Shown here piece after piece: positions 1 through 9,549 of a stretch of 64,000 bases of DNA. The notes beneath the pieces are model-generated. The model searched no databases. It saw only the letters and a list, made by a program, of their open reading frames with translations, and had not been told where the DNA came from. Within the stretch, counting starts at the first letter, position 1. Each line of letters starts with the position of its first letter. A program made the position numbers and the translations under genes. Origin of the DNA: an uncultured bacterium. GTDB lineage: Bacteria; Planctomycetota; UBA1135; GCA-002686595. The DNA lies in the NCBI GenBank assembly GCA_943787795.1, contig CALSNU010000006.1, positions 96,001 through 160,000 of the forward strand, written 5' to 3'.

Positions 1-73
1 TGAAGTCGGCTGGAAGAGGCCGTGAAGGTCAACCGAGGCCAGCCGTGGGTCCCCTGGTTGACCCTAGCGGGCA

Positions 74-1438
74 TCAGAAGTCGAAGCGCATCCGCATGCC
101 GACGACCTGGTAGTCCCCGTCGCTGTAGATGGTCCCTGCGACGTCCTCGTTTCGATCGGAGATCTCGCCCCGAATGTAGTTGAGCTGGAGGCTCGAGTTG
201 GCGTTCCAGTACCAGTTGAGGGCGAGGGTGAAGGACTCGCCCAGGCCGCCCGCGATGTCCTTGTCGGAGAAGTCAGCGTAGGAGTAGCGCGCGGCAACCT
301 GCCACGCCCCCCAGCCGGCGCCGGGCGCGAAGTTGGTGTTGGGCCGCTGCCTGGCGATGGTGCCGGACTTGCGGGACCAGGGCATGTACTCGCCGGTCAG
401 GAAGTAGGCGGCCTGGATGTACCCGCCGTTGAACTGGACGTCATCGGCGGTGTCGCGCGAGAGCCACGTGTTCATGTACTCGGCGACGATCTGGGTCGGG
501 CCGGTGTTCCAGACGCCCTCCAGTCCGACCAGCTGATAGTCCTCCACGCCGTCGATGCGGCCCGTGTCGAGCCAGCGTGACTGGGAGCGGGCCTCGGGGC
601 GGGTCCGAAAGCGGCCCTCGTTGGATGCTCCGCCGAGGGCCGGGTCCCCGTCAGGGAAGGCGAGCGTGCCGCTCACTGCCCAGTGGGCGTACTTGCGTCC
701 GCCGTCCTCCCAGATCGCGGTGTTCGCGATGCGGCCGGCGATCTCGGGCTGGATCCGGTCGCCGACGTACTCGCCGTCCTTGGACCAGTCCTTCATGTTG
801 TAGACGCCGTAGCGCCAGTTCCAGGCCTTCTCTTCGCTGAGCCCGTAGGCCGCGATGCCGAGGCGTCGGGCGTCCTGGTTGACCGCCTCGATCATGAAGG
901 GGCGCTCAATGAAGACGTTGAAGCGACTCGAGTTCAGGTGATCCAGGCCATACGGTCGCTTCTGGTTCCCGATCAGGACTCGCTGGCCGTTGGGCAGGCC
1001 CTTGAAGCCGAAGTAGAGGTCCTTGAAGGCGAGACCGTTGGGGTGACCGAAGTCGAGCTCGATCTTGTAGAGCATCGACTCGTCGACATCGCCGGAGACG
1101 CCGAGGCGTGCGCGACGGAACTCGATGTTGTTCTGCGGGTCCTCATTGGGGTCGCCGCTCTCGAAGACGTTGATCGCCGCGTCCGAATCTGCGAAGTCCC
1201 AGTAATCGAGGTGGATTCGCCCGAAGACCTTCATGCTCGATCGGTCGCTGCCCAGGGTGGGGGTGACCTCGAGTCGCTCGCTCAGGGCGTCGATCTGGGC
1301 CTGGAGGTCGGCGAGCGTGTCGAGCGCCTCGGGCGACTCCTCGGTGACCTGCCCGTTGGGCTGATCTTGAGGGAGCGCGGTCCCGGAGAGCGCCACCGCG
1401 GCGGGGGCGACGAGGAGCAGAGCGTTGCAGATTCGCAT
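74..1438 (-). CDS. Phosphate-selective porin, OprO/OprP family
   Basis: Signal peptide and coiled segment, then FRRARLGVSG, IGNQKRPYGLD, FIERP, RFRTRPE and GAWQVAARYS motifs; ends in a C-terminal aromatic beta-signal (RMRFDF). Confidence 0.88.
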   Translation of the reverse strand: MRICNALLLVAPAAVALSGTALPQDQPNGQVTEESPEALDTLADLQAQIDALSERLEVTPTLGSDRSSMKVFGRIHLDYWDFADSDAAINVFESGDPNEDPQNNIEFRRARLGVSGDVDESMLYKIELDFGHPNGLAFKDLYFGFKGLPNGQRVLIGNQKRPYGLDHLNSSRFNVFIERPFMIEAVNQDARRLGIAAYGLSEEKAWNWRYGVYNMKDWSKDGEYVGDRIQPEIAGRIANTAIWEDGGRKYAHWAVSGTLAFPDGDPALGGASNEGRFRTRPEARSQSRWLDTGRIDGVEDYQLVGLEGVWNTGPTQIVAEYMNTWLSRDTADDVQFNGGYIQAAYFLTGEYMPWSRKSGTIARQRPNTNFAPGAGWGAWQVAARYSYADFSDKDIAGGLGESFTLALNWYWNANSSLQLNYIRGEISDRNEDVAGTIYSDGDYQVVGMRMRFDF

Positions 1439-1758
1439 GGTCGATTGGCGGCTAGAGGGGGGGGTGGGGTCGTTGTGCGGTGGAGCTCGCTGCGGGGGTC
1501 CGCTCCTGTGTTCGGTGAGGATTTAGTTGAAGTCGCTGCAAGGTGGCGACAATGCGGGGTTAAGAGGACATCAAGATCGGCGGCGCATGCTGCGCCGCGA
1601 ATCGGGCAGGGCGCCGCGGGCGCGTGGCAGATCAGGCCAGGGTGGCAGGGCAATGAGTGGGGTCCGGCCTCTCGGGGAGCGCCCCTGACGGGGCACGCCT
1701 GCAGCGGTTATGGCCAGCGGGCTTCGCCAGGGAGGGGGCTGGACCTACCCTCTGCATC

Positions 1759-4032
1759 GTGAAGAACGGCAAAAAGCGACGGCAGCTGAGTTTCTCCAAG
1801 CGCGTGCTCCTGGGGCTGGCTCTGGGCGTGGCGGCGGGGCTCTTCCTCGGGGACCTCGCGGCACCGGGCAAGTGGGTCGGAGACGCCTACGTCGGGCTGC
1901 TGCAGATGACGGTGTTGCCCTATGTGGTGGTCTCGCTCGTAGCCAACATCGCGAAGCTCTCCAGCGCCGGCGGACGTCGGTTGCTTCGCTGCGCAAGCGG
2001 CTCGCTGGGCCTCCTCTGGATGACAGGGCTCTTGGCCCTTCCGGTGCTCGCGCTCGCCTTTCCGGCGTGGGAGATGGGCTCCTTCTACAGCTCCAGCTCG
2101 TTGGAGCGCCCGCCGGCTCAGGATTATCAGCAGCTCTACATCCCCAGCAATCCCTTCGCTGCGCTGGCGGGAGGGCTGATCCCCGCGGTGGCGCTCTTCT
2201 GCATCCTGGCGGGCGCGGTGAGCATCAATCTTCCGGGCAAGGAGCGGCTCATCGAACTGCTCGACCTGCTGGCGGAGCTGCTCACGAGGCTCAACCGGTG
2301 GGTGGTGCAGCTGACGCCTCTGGGGGTCTTCGGGATCGCCGCTCAGGCCGCAGGCACCCTCACGCTCGGCCAGCTGTCCCTCCTCCAGGGATACCTCATC
2401 ACGATCGTGTTGGGGGTGGGTCTGCTCGCCTTCGGGGCCCTCCCTCTGATCGCGTCGGCCCTGACGCCCCTGCGGTATCGCGAGGTCATGGCGGCGGCCA
2501 AGGAGCCGCTCCTGACGGCCTTCGTGACCGGGAGCACCTTCGTGACCCTGCCGATGATCGTCGCCGGCGTGGAGAAGCTCCTCGAGAGCCGGAAGGTCGA
2601 AGGTGGGGTCGAGCCCTCGGCGCTCGTGGCGCTGGCGTATCCGTTCCCGCACCTGGGCAAGATCCTGAGCCTGCTCTTCGTCCCCTTCGCTGCCTGGTTC
2701 TACGGCTCACCCATGGCGTCAGGGGACTACCCGGAGTTTCTGGCGTCGGGGCTCCTGGGCTCCTTCGGGAGCCTCGTGGTGACGATCCCGATGCTCCTGG
2801 AGCAGCAGCAGCTCCCCGCGGACGTCTTCCAGCTCTTCCTCCTCTCCGGCGTCGTGGCCGCGCGGACCTGCGATGTGCTGGGGACCATGGGGATCCTGGT
2901 CTTCTCGGTGCTCGCCTCGGTGTGGATGGCGGGCGGCCTGAAGCTCCGTCCGCGGCGCCTCGCCGGAGGGGCCCTGGGCCTCGCGGTTGTCGGCGCCCTG
3001 CTGGTGGGCGGGACGCGCGCGCACCTCGCGAGGGGGTTCATCGAGACCCATGGCAAGCAGGACCTGTTGGCGACCATGGTCTCCGCGGAGCCCGCCACCG
3101 GCATGGCCATCTATCTTGGGAGCGCGCAGCCCAACCCCGAGCCGCTGAGGCCCGGGGAGTCGCGGCTGGACCGGATCCGTCGACGCGGCACTCTCCGGGT
3201 CGGGGTCGCCATGGACCACCTGCCGTTCTCCTTTCTCAACCGGGACGGGGACCTCGTCGGGCTGGACGTGGATATGGCCCATCGACTGGCCCTGGACCTG
3301 GGCACAGCAGAGGGGCGGCTTGGGCGGCGAGGCGCTGCGGACTCGACTCCAGGGAGCGAGAGTGATGGGGGCATGGATTCCGTTGGCGGGGCGGCCGGCG
3401 GGCTCACCCTTGAGCTGGTTCCGCTGGACCTCTCCCGGCTCCGGGAGCAGGCGGAGGCGGACACCTTTGACGTGGCGATGTCGGGAATCGAGCTCACCCT
3501 GCGGCGCTCCGAGCGCGTCGACCTCACCGTGCCCTACCTGACCGTGACCGCCGCGCTGGTGGTCGAGGATCACCGCCGGGCGGAGTTCTCGAGCCTCGAG
3601 AAGATCGCGGCCATGGAGGGCCTGCGGGTGGCGGTCTGGCGAGGCGGGTACGCCTCGGAGCGCGTGGCGCAGCGGCTCGTTCACGTCGAGGGGATCGAGC
3701 TGGTGGAGCTCGATCGCCTGGGCGACTTCTTCGAGTCGGACGGCGCCTACGACATGCTCGTGACCAGCGCAGAGGTGGGCTCCGCGTGGACGCTTCGCTA
3801 TCCCCAGTACGCGGTGGTTCAGGCGCTCAAGGAGCGTACGGGGGTCCCCCTCGTCTACGCGATCCCTGGACGTGACCCGGAGCTTCGTCAGTTCCTGAAC
3901 CACTGGATCGAGCTCCGCACCGCCTCGGGCACCGTGGACCGGCTCCGCCGCTACTGGATCCTCGGCGAAGGAGCCGAGCCGTCTGCTCCTCGCTGGAGCA
4001 TCGTTCGCGACGTCTTGGGCTGGGTGAAGTAA
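1759..4032 (+). CDS. Dicarboxylate/amino acid:cation symporter (DAACS) fused to a C-terminal family-3 solute-binding domain
   Basis: Multi-TM N-terminus with LLQMTVLPYVV, IPSNPF and AFVTGSTFVTLP; C-terminus has RIRRRGTLRVG, LPFSF...GDLVGLDVD and DVAMSGI. GTG at 1759 chosen over the upstream in-frame start because of a TACCCT box 7 nt upstream. Confidence 0.85.
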   Translation: MKNGKKRRQLSFSKRVLLGLALGVAAGLFLGDLAAPGKWVGDAYVGLLQMTVLPYVVVSLVANIAKLSSAGGRRLLRCASGSLGLLWMTGLLALPVLALAFPAWEMGSFYSSSSLERPPAQDYQQLYIPSNPFAALAGGLIPAVALFCILAGAVSINLPGKERLIELLDLLAELLTRLNRWVVQLTPLGVFGIAAQAAGTLTLGQLSLLQGYLITIVLGVGLLAFGALPLIASALTPLRYREVMAAAKEPLLTAFVTGSTFVTLPMIVAGVEKLLESRKVEGGVEPSALVALAYPFPHLGKILSLLFVPFAAWFYGSPMASGDYPEFLASGLLGSFGSLVVTIPMLLEQQQLPADVFQLFLLSGVVAARTCDVLGTMGILVFSVLASVWMAGGLKLRPRRLAGGALGLAVVGALLVGGTRAHLARGFIETHGKQDLLATMVSAEPATGMAIYLGSAQPNPEPLRPGESRLDRIRRRGTLRVGVAMDHLPFSFLNRDGDLVGLDVDMAHRLALDLGTAEGRLGRRGAADSTPGSESDGGMDSVGGAAGGLTLELVPLDLSRLREQAEADTFDVAMSGIELTLRRSERVDLTVPYLTVTAALVVEDHRRAEFSSLEKIAAMEGLRVAVWRGGYASERVAQRLVHVEGIELVELDRLGDFFESDGAYDMLVTSAEVGSAWTLRYPQYAVVQALKERTGVPLVYAIPGRDPELRQFLNHWIELRTASGTVDRLRRYWILGEGAEPSAPRWSIVRDVLGWVK

Positions 4033-4060
4033 GCCGGCCCCGTGCGCCGACCCGCTTTGG

Positions 4061-5761
4061 TCACTGGAGCTGGACGCGGAGGTCAAATCCGTCGCGCACT
4101 CGACGGAGGGTGGACACCATGTAGGTGTCGTACAGGCCCTCCATGCCCTCCGGCAGCTTCACGCCGCGCTCCTCCTCACGGATGAGCTCGCGCAGCATTC
4201 CCAGGCGGAACGCTGAGACCGCAGCGGCTCCTTGTTGACTGTCGAAGATGGCCTGCAGCTTCGTGCCGGAGAGCAGCGAGCGCGCGGTCTCACCCCCGAA
4301 GGTGGCAAGAGAGGCGTCCATGACCCGGCGGGTCACCGTCGCCAGAAAGTGGTTGGCCCCGAACGCGAGGCCCCCGTCATAGGGCTCGACGCCCTTGAGG
4401 CGCATCTCCTCGAAGCCCCGCGTGTCGGCGCCGAAGTCCAGGTCCATGCGGACGGCGCCGAGCATGGCGTCGACCACCTCCATGATGGCGTCGGCGTCCT
4501 TGACCTTCGCGAAGAGCCCCATGTGGAGGAAGACGCCGAGGAGGTCGTCCTGCACGTCCGCCGGACTGAGGGCGTCCATGGGAGGCATGAAGAACATGCC
4601 GAAGACGCCGGTGAACTGCCCGAAGAACTCCTGCTCGAGCTCGCTCCCGGCGAGCGCGCTGCCCGCGGCGACCACCTGGTCGATCTGGTCCGCACCGCGC
4701 TCCTGGTCGTCCTCCCTGAGCGCCTTGAGGATCAGCGCATAGCAGCCGTTGAAGTCCCAGTTCATGCAGTGGAGCCCGGTCACCTCGGCCGGGATCCTCC
4801 CCAGGAGATCCGGGGGGAGCGGGCGCATGCTGTCCGCGAGGCGCGCCAGCAGGGACCCCGGAGTGATCTGAAGGTGGAGGCGGATGTCGATGTCCATCCC
4901 CGCCGGCAGGGCAAAGGTGCCGTAGAGGTAGGCGTTCTCGTCGAGCCCGATCAGGCGTGAGGGGTCGATCGACATTCCCTCGCCCGCGGCCCTGAGCGCC
5001 TCCGCGGCCTCTTCCCGGAAGAACGTCAGGTCCGTGAAGGCCTCCATCTGCCCCGCGGGGCCGTGCAGGGCCCTCGCGCTGCGGAGCTTGCTGGCGAGCG
5101 GGGCGATGTCGGCTTGCGGCGCGCCGCCGCAGAGCGCCATGGTCCAGGCCCGAACGCTGGCCTTGTCTCCGTAGATGGCTGCGAGGATTCGCGGCCCGCT
5201 GATCATCACCCTGACCGGGTCCGAGCTGGCGCCCGCCACCTCGATGGCCTCTCGTCCACGCGGGCCCGAGGCCGGCTCGAGGTCAAGCGGCACGGAGCTC
5301 TCCACCTCGCAGCCGCCAAGCTGCTGGAGGGTCATCCCCTCGCCGGCGGGCGGTGTGCTGGTGAACTGCCGCAGGGCGGCCATCAGGGGGACGCGGTCGC
5401 CCCTGGGCTCGACCATGAAGCCAACCCCCTGCTTGGCTTTGAAGAACACCGCCTCGCCAGCGAGCACCTGGCCAAGGTTGATCATGTCGTCGAAGTCCTC
5501 CACCGACATGCTCCGGAGCTGGTGGTAGAGGGGCTCTCCAGCTTCGGTTCCGAGGAGCCGGTACACATCGTTGCGCTGGATCTGCTCGAGGACGACCGTG
5601 GCGTCCTGCAGGTGGAGCACGGTGTGGGCTTCAGCGGGGACCTGGTCCAGGAGCTTCGACTGGGCGGCGCCGGGAGCCTGGGCCACGAGGGCGAGGGCGG
5701 CGACGAGGGAGGGAGCGATGCGGCGGGTGCGGGGGCCAGCGGAGAGGATGCGTTGAATCAT
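4061..5761 (-). CDS. Exported hypothetical protein (566 aa)
   Basis: Long ORF with signal-peptide-like N-terminus (SLVAALALVAQAPGAAQ) and globular composition; no family recognised with confidence. Confidence 0.7.
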   Translation of the reverse strand: MIQRILSAGPRTRRIAPSLVAALALVAQAPGAAQSKLLDQVPAEAHTVLHLQDATVVLEQIQRNDVYRLLGTEAGEPLYHQLRSMSVEDFDDMINLGQVLAGEAVFFKAKQGVGFMVEPRGDRVPLMAALRQFTSTPPAGEGMTLQQLGGCEVESSVPLDLEPASGPRGREAIEVAGASSDPVRVMISGPRILAAIYGDKASVRAWTMALCGGAPQADIAPLASKLRSARALHGPAGQMEAFTDLTFFREEAAEALRAAGEGMSIDPSRLIGLDENAYLYGTFALPAGMDIDIRLHLQITPGSLLARLADSMRPLPPDLLGRIPAEVTGLHCMNWDFNGCYALILKALREDDQERGADQIDQVVAAGSALAGSELEQEFFGQFTGVFGMFFMPPMDALSPADVQDDLLGVFLHMGLFAKVKDADAIMEVVDAMLGAVRMDLDFGADTRGFEEMRLKGVEPYDGGLAFGANHFLATVTRRVMDASLATFGGETARSLLSGTKLQAIFDSQQGAAAVSAFRLGMLRELIREEERGVKLPEGMEGLYDTYMVSTLRRVRDGFDLRVQLQ

Positions 5762-5916
5762 GGCTAGGGCAGGCTGTGCGGGTGCCAGGAGCGGGGGTGC
5801 TCGGGTGAGCGTGGCGTGGACACCGTCGTCTCGCCCCAGCCTACGGAGGGGCTACGGAGGCTGTCTTGCGTTGCGGCGATGCGGTCCGATTCGCCGGACT
5901 AATCGAAGCTCACTCG

Positions 5917-7566
5917 CTAGCCCCTGGCCTGGCGAACCTGCCACAGGAGTCGAATCCCGTGGAGCAGCGCGACCATCGTGGCGAAGACGCCGACGATCGG
6001 GATCCCAGCGATCACCGGTGGCGCCTTCAGCGCCCAGAGCATGGCGCCGCCCAGCAGCATGGCCGAACACAGGAGCCCGGAAACCAGGCGGTTGACCGTG
6101 GCCTCCAGCCCGGTGTGGACCATGTCGATCTTCACCTGGCCGCGCTCGATCCGGCGCGCGGTGTCGTCGAGGAGCCCGGGCAAGCGGCCGAGCAGGCGCG
6201 TCCAGTCTCGGCCGGTCTCCAGGGCCCGGCGCGCTCGCTCTCGGGGCGCGGCTCGGCGGAGGACGAGCTTCTCGCAGTAGGGACGCAGGACCTCCATCAG
6301 CGAGAACCCCGGGTCGAGGTGGCGGGACGTGCCCTCCAGCATGATCAGCAGCTTGACGAGCATGGAGATCGTCGGCGGGAGCTGGATGCGGTGTTGGCGG
6401 AGGGTCGACGTGAAGGCCTCCAGGAGAGGCCCGACTTCGATCTCGGAGATGGGCGCGGTGGAGAGCTCGCCCTGAAACTCGAGGATGTCGCGCCGGAGCG
6501 CCGCGTCGTCCACCTCCGGTGGGAAGACGCCGATCCGGCGCACGATCCTGAGGATCTCTCGCTCGTCGGCCTGAACAAATGCCAGCATCAGGTCGAGCAG
6601 GTCGTCCTGGGTCTCCCGGTCCACTCGTCCGACCATGCCGAAGTCGAGGAGCGCGAGGCGTCCGTCGGCGAGCACCATGACGTTGCCAGGGTGGGGGTCC
6701 GCGTGGAACACCCCGTCGCGGAAGACCATGTCCAGGAAGGCGTGCGCTCCGGTGAGCGCGAGGGCGCTGCGGTCTCGGCCCTCCGCGTCCAGCTGGGCGT
6801 CGTCCGCCACCGAGCGCCCGTCCAGGAACCCCATGGTCAAGACTCGCCGGGCGCTGCGCTCGGGGATCGGTTCGGGGAGCATGAGCCCCGGCTCATCGGC
6901 GAAGGCGCGGCGGAAGTAGGTCAGGTGGCGCAGCTCGCGGCGGAAGTCGAGCTCGCCGAGTACTGAGCGGCGCGCCTCTTGGATGACGGCGGTGAGCTGC
7001 AGCGAGCGAGCGGTCTCGTCGTGACGCTCCATGAGGGCGGCGATGGACGCGAGGATGTCGAAATCGACCTCAACCCGCTCCTCGATCCCCGGGTGCTGCA
7101 CCTTGACGACGACGGCGCGCCCGTCGGCGAGCCAGGCGCGATGGACCTGGCCAATGGACGCGGACGCCATGGGCGCATCGTGGAAGTTGACGAAGAGCTC
7201 CTCGACGGGCCCTCCGAGCTCCTCCTCGACGATCTGGCGGGCCGTTGCCGGATCATCCTCGGGGGCTCCCGATTGGAGCTTCTCCAGCTCCTGGGCGATC
7301 TCAAGCGGGATGAGGTCGGGCCGAGTGCTCAGGATCTGGCCGAGCTTGACGAAGGTGGGGCCCAGCTCCTCGCAGGCAAGGCGTACGCGCTCGCCTAACC
7401 CGAGGCGGGCGACCTCCTCCAGTCCCTCATGACCGAGCCACCGCTGTAGGAACTCGGGCTCGATTCGCTCCAGATGCTCCGCGAGCCCGTACTTGACCAG
7501 GGTCCCGGTCACCTCCAGGAAGCGAGCCGTCTCGCGCTTGTATTGAGGGAGAGCTGTGATGCGCAT
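5917..7566 (-). CDS. AarF/ABC1/UbiB family atypical protein kinase
   Basis: LGPTFVKLGQILSTRPDL, ASASIGQVHRA, VVVKVQHPG, FHADPHPGN and LLDFGMVG motifs; two C-terminal TM helices. Confidence 0.95.
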   Translation of the reverse strand: MRITALPQYKRETARFLEVTGTLVKYGLAEHLERIEPEFLQRWLGHEGLEEVARLGLGERVRLACEELGPTFVKLGQILSTRPDLIPLEIAQELEKLQSGAPEDDPATARQIVEEELGGPVEELFVNFHDAPMASASIGQVHRAWLADGRAVVVKVQHPGIEERVEVDFDILASIAALMERHDETARSLQLTAVIQEARRSVLGELDFRRELRHLTYFRRAFADEPGLMLPEPIPERSARRVLTMGFLDGRSVADDAQLDAEGRDRSALALTGAHAFLDMVFRDGVFHADPHPGNVMVLADGRLALLDFGMVGRVDRETQDDLLDLMLAFVQADEREILRIVRRIGVFPPEVDDAALRRDILEFQGELSTAPISEIEVGPLLEAFTSTLRQHRIQLPPTISMLVKLLIMLEGTSRHLDPGFSLMEVLRPYCEKLVLRRAAPRERARRALETGRDWTRLLGRLPGLLDDTARRIERGQVKIDMVHTGLEATVNRLVSGLLCSAMLLGGAMLWALKAPPVIAGIPIVGVFATMVALLHGIRLLWQVRQARG

Positions 7567-7676
7567 GGGCGGGTGCGATCCGGGCGCCGGGCGGGCGGGC
7601 TCGCTGCCGCGATCCTAACGCAAAGGGAGCGGCGATCCTGACACCCCTCCGCCGTGCAGGGGGACCACCTCTTGCT

Positions 7677-7747
7677 GAGCCCGCAGAGCCCGCAGAGCCC
7701 GCAGAGCCCGCAGATCCCGCAGGTCCCGCAGATCCCGCAGATCCCGT
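7677..7747. repeat. 9-bp tandem repeat (GAGCCCGCA/GATCCCGCA) x8
   Basis: Read directly; lies between the divergent kinase and sulfatase genes. Confidence 0.95.
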
Positions 7748-7855
7748 CGGGGCCTACGGCGGCCCTGCAGCCCGAAGGGGTCCTCCGGACCGGGGTGCGC
7801 GCCTCCCACTGGGCGCCGCACGGCGCTGGCGTGGCGAGGGGATATGCTCGCCTTC

Positions 7856-9385
7856 ATGAACCGTACCCTCACGCCCCGACGACTGATCCAGGGAGCGCTC
7901 ACCCTGGCGCTGTTCTCCCACGCCACCGTCCTTGGGGAGGAGCCCCCCAACGTCGTGGTCATCGTCACCGACGATCAGGGGTGGGGGGATGTCGGATACC
8001 ACAACCCGGCGGTGTACTCCCCCCGCCTCGACGCCCTCGCGGGCGCAGGGGTGCGCTTCACCCAGCACTACGTGATGCCGCAATGCACCCCGACCCGGGT
8101 GGCCCTCATGACCGGGCGCTATCCCTCCCGCTTCGGGCCCCAGGCGCAGCAGGCGAACAACGCGCCGGCCTTTCCCCTGGGGACGCCGACGCTCGCGACC
8201 TTGCTGAAGGGGGCCGGCTACTCGACGAACGCGGTGGGGAAGTGGCACCTGGGCTCCTCTCGGGAGCATGGGCCCAACGAGCACGGGTTCGACCAGAGCT
8301 ACGGCTCCCTCGCCGGAGCCTGCGGCATGTACGACCACCGCTATCGGGCGGGCAAGTTCGCGGAGACATGGCACCGAAACGGGGAGATCATCCCGGGGTG
8401 GGAGAACGGCGTGCACACCTCGGATCTGCTGGCGGCGGAGGCCGTCCGTGTGATCGAGGCCGAGCGAGATCAGCCCTTCTTTCTCTATCTCGCTTTTCAG
8501 GCGGTGCACACGCCGCTGGACGAGCGTGGCCGCTTCACGGGACGCCCGACCCAGCTTGATCCCGAGGATCCCCTTCGGTGGCTCGATGAAGACGAGATCC
8601 CCTGGTTCCATGACCCTGAGGGGCTCATCCAAGGGGAGCCGGACCCGGAGAAGCGGCTCCTCCTCGCGGCGATCCATCACATGGACCACGCGATCGGGGA
8701 GGTGGTGGATGCGCTGGAGCGAACGGGGCAAGCCGCGAACACCTTGATCCTCTTCACCTCGGATAACGGTCCCCAGGGCAGCTGGCCGGGGAAGGCCTAC
8801 CCCGATGACCTGAAGCTAACGGACTTCAATCAGCCCATCCCCATGCGGGGCAAGAAGACGGACACCTACGAAGGGGGCATCCGCGTACCCGGCTTCGCCG
8901 TGTGGCCCGGACGCATCGAGAGTCGGGACGAGGCCACGCCGGTGCACGTCGTGGACTGGATGCCGACCCTCGCTCGGATCGCGGGCGCACCGGCGACCGC
9001 ATGGGCCACCCCGCCGGCAGACGGGCTGGCCACCGCGGCGACCGACGGCTGCGACCTCACTCCGCTCCTGCGTGGCGCGGCAGCCTCCGAGAAGCTGCGG
9101 ACCCGCGATCTCTACTGGGTTTGGAGCTCCTCCAGCAATCGACGGGCCCTGCGGCACGGAGATTGGAAGATCGTTCGTTACGGAAAGAGGGCGCCCGCCG
9201 GTCCGAAGGACTGGCAGCTGTTCAACCTCGCCGACGATCCGGAGGAGACCACGGACTGTGGCGAGACGCACCCGGAGCGCCGCGCCGAGCTGTACCAGCG
9301 GTACCTCCTGCAGCGCGCGAAGGACCGGAGACCCGACCCGCCCTCCAGGGAGACGGCTGATCGGCCCACCAAGCGAGGGGTCTGA
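7856..9385 (+). CDS. Arylsulfatase (Cys-type, formylglycine-dependent S1 family)
   Basis: PNVVVIVTDDQGWGD, CTPTR (CxPxR) with LMTGRYP, VGKWHLG and TSDNG motifs; signal peptide. ATG 7856 is preceded by TATGCT at 7 nt. Confidence 0.93.
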   Translation: MNRTLTPRRLIQGALTLALFSHATVLGEEPPNVVVIVTDDQGWGDVGYHNPAVYSPRLDALAGAGVRFTQHYVMPQCTPTRVALMTGRYPSRFGPQAQQANNAPAFPLGTPTLATLLKGAGYSTNAVGKWHLGSSREHGPNEHGFDQSYGSLAGACGMYDHRYRAGKFAETWHRNGEIIPGWENGVHTSDLLAAEAVRVIEAERDQPFFLYLAFQAVHTPLDERGRFTGRPTQLDPEDPLRWLDEDEIPWFHDPEGLIQGEPDPEKRLLLAAIHHMDHAIGEVVDALERTGQAANTLILFTSDNGPQGSWPGKAYPDDLKLTDFNQPIPMRGKKTDTYEGGIRVPGFAVWPGRIESRDEATPVHVVDWMPTLARIAGAPATAWATPPADGLATAATDGCDLTPLLRGAAASEKLRTRDLYWVWSSSSNRRALRHGDWKIVRYGKRAPAGPKDWQLFNLADDPEETTDCGETHPERRAELYQRYLLQRAKDRRPDPPSRETADRPTKRGV

Positions 9386-9549
9386 GCGGGCGGTGGCGGA
9401 GTCAGGGACAGCCAGGGGGCCGCGGCGGGACGTCCCGCAGCGGCCCCCTGGCTCGCGTTCGGCTCACGGTGCGGATCGCTCCGCCGGAACCGCTCTTGTC
9501 AGAGCGAGGGTGGCGCTCATGGTCGAGCGCCACGCCCCTTCCGATTCGA

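Noticed and set aside
7654..7855. ORF with PQS/PQI repeats (7654-8559)
   Set aside because: It is a translation of the intergenic 9-bp repeat running out of frame into the sulfatase.
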